Made by a program: the position numbers and the translations under genes | Part shown: positions 57,153-64,000 of the stretch, piece after piece | Layout of the letters: every line of letters starts with the position of its first letter | Position numbering within the stretch: position 1 is the stretch's first letter | Source: the human T2T-CHM13v2.0 reference genome, Homo sapiens | Direction: 5' to 3' (one strand) | Length of the DNA stretch: 64,000 nucleotides | Assembly (NCBI RefSeq): GCF_009914755.1 | Contig: NC_060947.1 | The notes under the pieces: model-generated | Told to the model about the DNA's origin: nothing | Databases searched by the model: none | The model's input: only the letters and a program-made list of their open reading frames with translations

Positions 57153-58177
57153 ATGGGGAGAAACCAGAGCAGAAAAGCTGAAAATTCTAAAAACCAGAGC
57201 GCCTCTTCTCCTCCAAAAAATCCCAGATCCTTGCCAGCAACAGAACAAAGCTAGATGGAGAATGACTTTGACGAGTTGACAAAAGTAGGCTTCAGAAGGT
57301 CGGTAATAACAAACTTCTCTGAGCTAAAGGAGAATTTTCGAACTCATCACAAGGAAGCTAAAAACCTTGAAAAAAGAGTAGACGAATGGCTAACTAGAAT
57401 AAAAAGCATAGAGAAGACCTTAAATGACCTGATGGAGCTGAAAACCATGGCACGAGAACTACATGATGCATGCACAGGTTTCAGTAGCTGATTTGATCAA
57501 GTGGAAGAAAGGGTATCAGTTATTGAAGATCGAATGAATGAAATGAAGTGAGAAGAGAAGTTTAGAGGAAAAAGAGTAAAAAGAAATGAACAAAGCCAAC
57601 AAGAAATATGGGACTATGTGAAAAGACCAAATCTACGTCTGATTGGTGTACTTGAAAGTGACAGGGAGAATGGAACCAAGTTGGAAAACACTCTTCAGGA
57701 TATTATCCAGGAGAACTTCCCCAACCTAGCAAGGCAGACCAACATTCAAATTCAGGAAATACAGAAAACACTACAAAGATACTCCTCGAGAAGAGTAACC
57801 CCAAGACACATAATTGTCATATTCACCAAGTTGAAATGAAGGAAAAAATGTTAAGGGCAGCCAGAGAGAAAGGTTGGGTTACCCACAAAGGGAAGCTCAT
57901 CAGACTAACAGCAGATCTCTCGGCAGAAACCCTACAAGCCAGAAGAGAGTGGGGGCCAATATTCAACATTCTTAAAGGAAAGAATGTTCAACCCAGAAGT
58001 TCATATCCAGCCAAACTAAGCTTTGTAAGTAAAGGAGAAATAAAATCCTTTACAGACAAACAAATGCTGAGAGATTTTGTCACCACTAGGCCTGCCTTAC
58101 AAGAGCTCTTGAAGGAAGCACTAAACATGGAAAGGAAAAACAGGTACCAGCCAGTGTGAAAACATGCCAAATTGTAA
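57153..58177 (+). pseudogene. L1 ORF1p (RNA-binding protein), disrupted
   Basis: ATGGGGAGAAACCAG start. Fragments MENDFDEL..., KRPNLRLIGV..., KEKMLRAAREKG..., separated by stops and frameshifts. Confidence 0.93.
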
Positions 58178-58240
58178 AGACCATCAATGTCAGGAAGAAA
58201 GTGCATCAACTAATGAACAAAATAACCAGCTAAAATCATA

Positions 58241-62068
<3,828 letters not shown>

Positions 62069-63447
62069 ACAATGAGAACACTTGGACACACAGCAGGGAA
62101 CATCACACACCAGGGCCTGTCGTGGGGTGAGGGGAGTGGGGAGGGATAGCATTAAGAGAAATACCTAATGTAAATGACTAGTTAATGGGTGCAGCACACC
62201 AACATGGCCCATGTATACATGTGTAACAAACCTGCATGTTGTGCACATGTACCCTAGAACTTAAAGTATAATAGTAATAATAATAATAATAATAAAGAAA
62301 TAGCTGAGACTGGGTAATGTATTTTAAAAAAGAGGTTTAATTGGCTCATGGTTCTGCAGGGTGTACAGTTAGCATAGTGGCATCTCTTTCTGGGGAGTCC
62401 TCAGGAAGCTTACAATTATGGCAGAAAGCAAAGGGGGAGCAGGCACATAAAGATGACCAGAGCGAGGAGAGTGAGGGGAGAGGTGCCACACACTTTGAAA
62501 CAGCCAAATCTCAGGAGAACTCACTCACTATTGTGAGGGCAGCACCAAGGGGATGGTGCTACACCATTCACAAGAAATTTAACTCCATGATCCAGTCACC
62601 TCCCACCAGGCCCCACCTCCAACATTGGGGATTACAGTACAACAGGAGATTTGGGCAGGGACACAGATCCAAATTATATCAATTTAACCCTTGAGAACTG
62701 TTCAACTTGAAAATCTATTGAGACTAAGATTCCCTGAGCCAACTTCAGGGAACCTCATCATTAATCTTTCTCAAACAATGGAAGTCAATACCTTCTTCAC
62801 ATTTCTAATATTAGAAGATACTAGAACTTTTGCATATAGTATTAATCTTTAACTAAAGAACTTTCTGATATTTTTATAACTATCTTGGGTGGCTGTGATA
62901 ACAGTACTCATTCAAGGTAAGGCTTTCTATTGATGACAACAATGTAAATCAGTAAGTGATATTTTTAGTTGAAATTTTTAAAAAGACTGTATGTTTAGTA
63001 ATGTAAATTTCAAGTAGATTGAGTCCCATAGTTTTGTTGACAATTGTGTGAAGTTGTTTAATTGTGCATGCAAATAAGTATGAGCAGATGATTGCAGATG
63101 TAAATGGCCAATCAGTAAGAAAGATTCATTTCCTCTACCACCACATCCTCCCAGATCTGGGAGGCTGGGTGAAATTTGGCTCAGTTTATTTCCAGAAAAA
63201 GGAAAGTTCCTTGATCAGTGGTGGAATTATGCTCTGCCAATAAAGCTCCAGATGAGAAATCAGAAGAGGGGATTTCTGTTTTCGATACGTCACTTCTTCA
63301 TTCTGATACAAGAACAAAATCTTCAGATACCCTGCATTTTCAAATATTTGCAATTGATCACTATCCCTGGAGAGTTCTGAGCAGAATGAGCATGACATTT
63401 AAAAACTTCATCAAAAGAAATCACAGTGTACCTTCTCGAAAAGAAAC

Positions 63448-63800
63448 TTTTTTATTTTTGATCATTTCAACTTGTATTTTACATTCAGGGAGCACATGTA
63501 TAGGTTTGTTACATGGGTATAGTGTGTGATGCTGAAGTTTGAGCTATGAATGATCCCATCACCGAGGTAGTGATCATAGTACCCAACAGTTAGTTTTTCA
63601 ACCCTTGACTCCCTGACTGCCACCCCTTCAAGTAGTCCCTAGTGTCTGTTGTTACGATCTTTATGTCTGCAAATACCTAATATTTAGCCTTCACTTGTAA
63701 GTGAGAATATGCGGTATTTGGTTTTCTGTTCCTGTGTTAATTCGCTTAGGATGATGGCCTCTAGCAGCATCCATGTTGCTGCAAAGGACATGATCTCATC
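63448..63800 (-). mobile_element. L1PA15/16-like 3' end
   Basis: GTTTGTTACATGGGTATA.TGTGTGATGCTGA.GTTTG...GATCCCATCACC.AGGTAGTGA.CATAGTACCCAA. Confidence 0.85.
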
Positions 63801-63807
63801 CTCTCTC

Positions 63808-64000
<193 letters not shown>

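Overview
This is catarrhine-primate (human-like) non-coding genomic DNA, either intergenic or deep intronic. I find no supportable host protein-coding gene, RNA gene or CRISPR array. The recognisable proteins in the ORF track are decayed transposon ORFs (L1 ORF1/ORF2, MaLR internal ORF, ERVL gag) or Alu translations; the rest look like chance ORFs. More than half the window is interspersed repeat: about 10 Alus, several L1s (one full-length L1PA5/6-like), four MaLR (THE1/MST) internal regions, a HERV-W LTR17 solo LTR, a MER39-like solo LTR, LTR16/ERVL remnants, and MIR, L2, CR1/L3 and hAT MITE fossils. I did not find a new biological system. The most interesting signals are (1) a nested MST>L1PB1(twin-primed)>THE1/Alu stack at 29.0-34.8 kb, (2) template-switch-like rearrangements inside old repeats (34.5, 38.1 and 51.6 kb), (3) an intact CpG-rich LTR17 promoter with a U5 tandem array, and (4) candidate enhancer motif clusters in unique DNA (11.3-12.9 and 25.6-25.8 kb). 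Subfamily calls come from recalled consensus sequences and need RepeatMasker/Dfam confirmation. Boundaries of old repeats are approximate.
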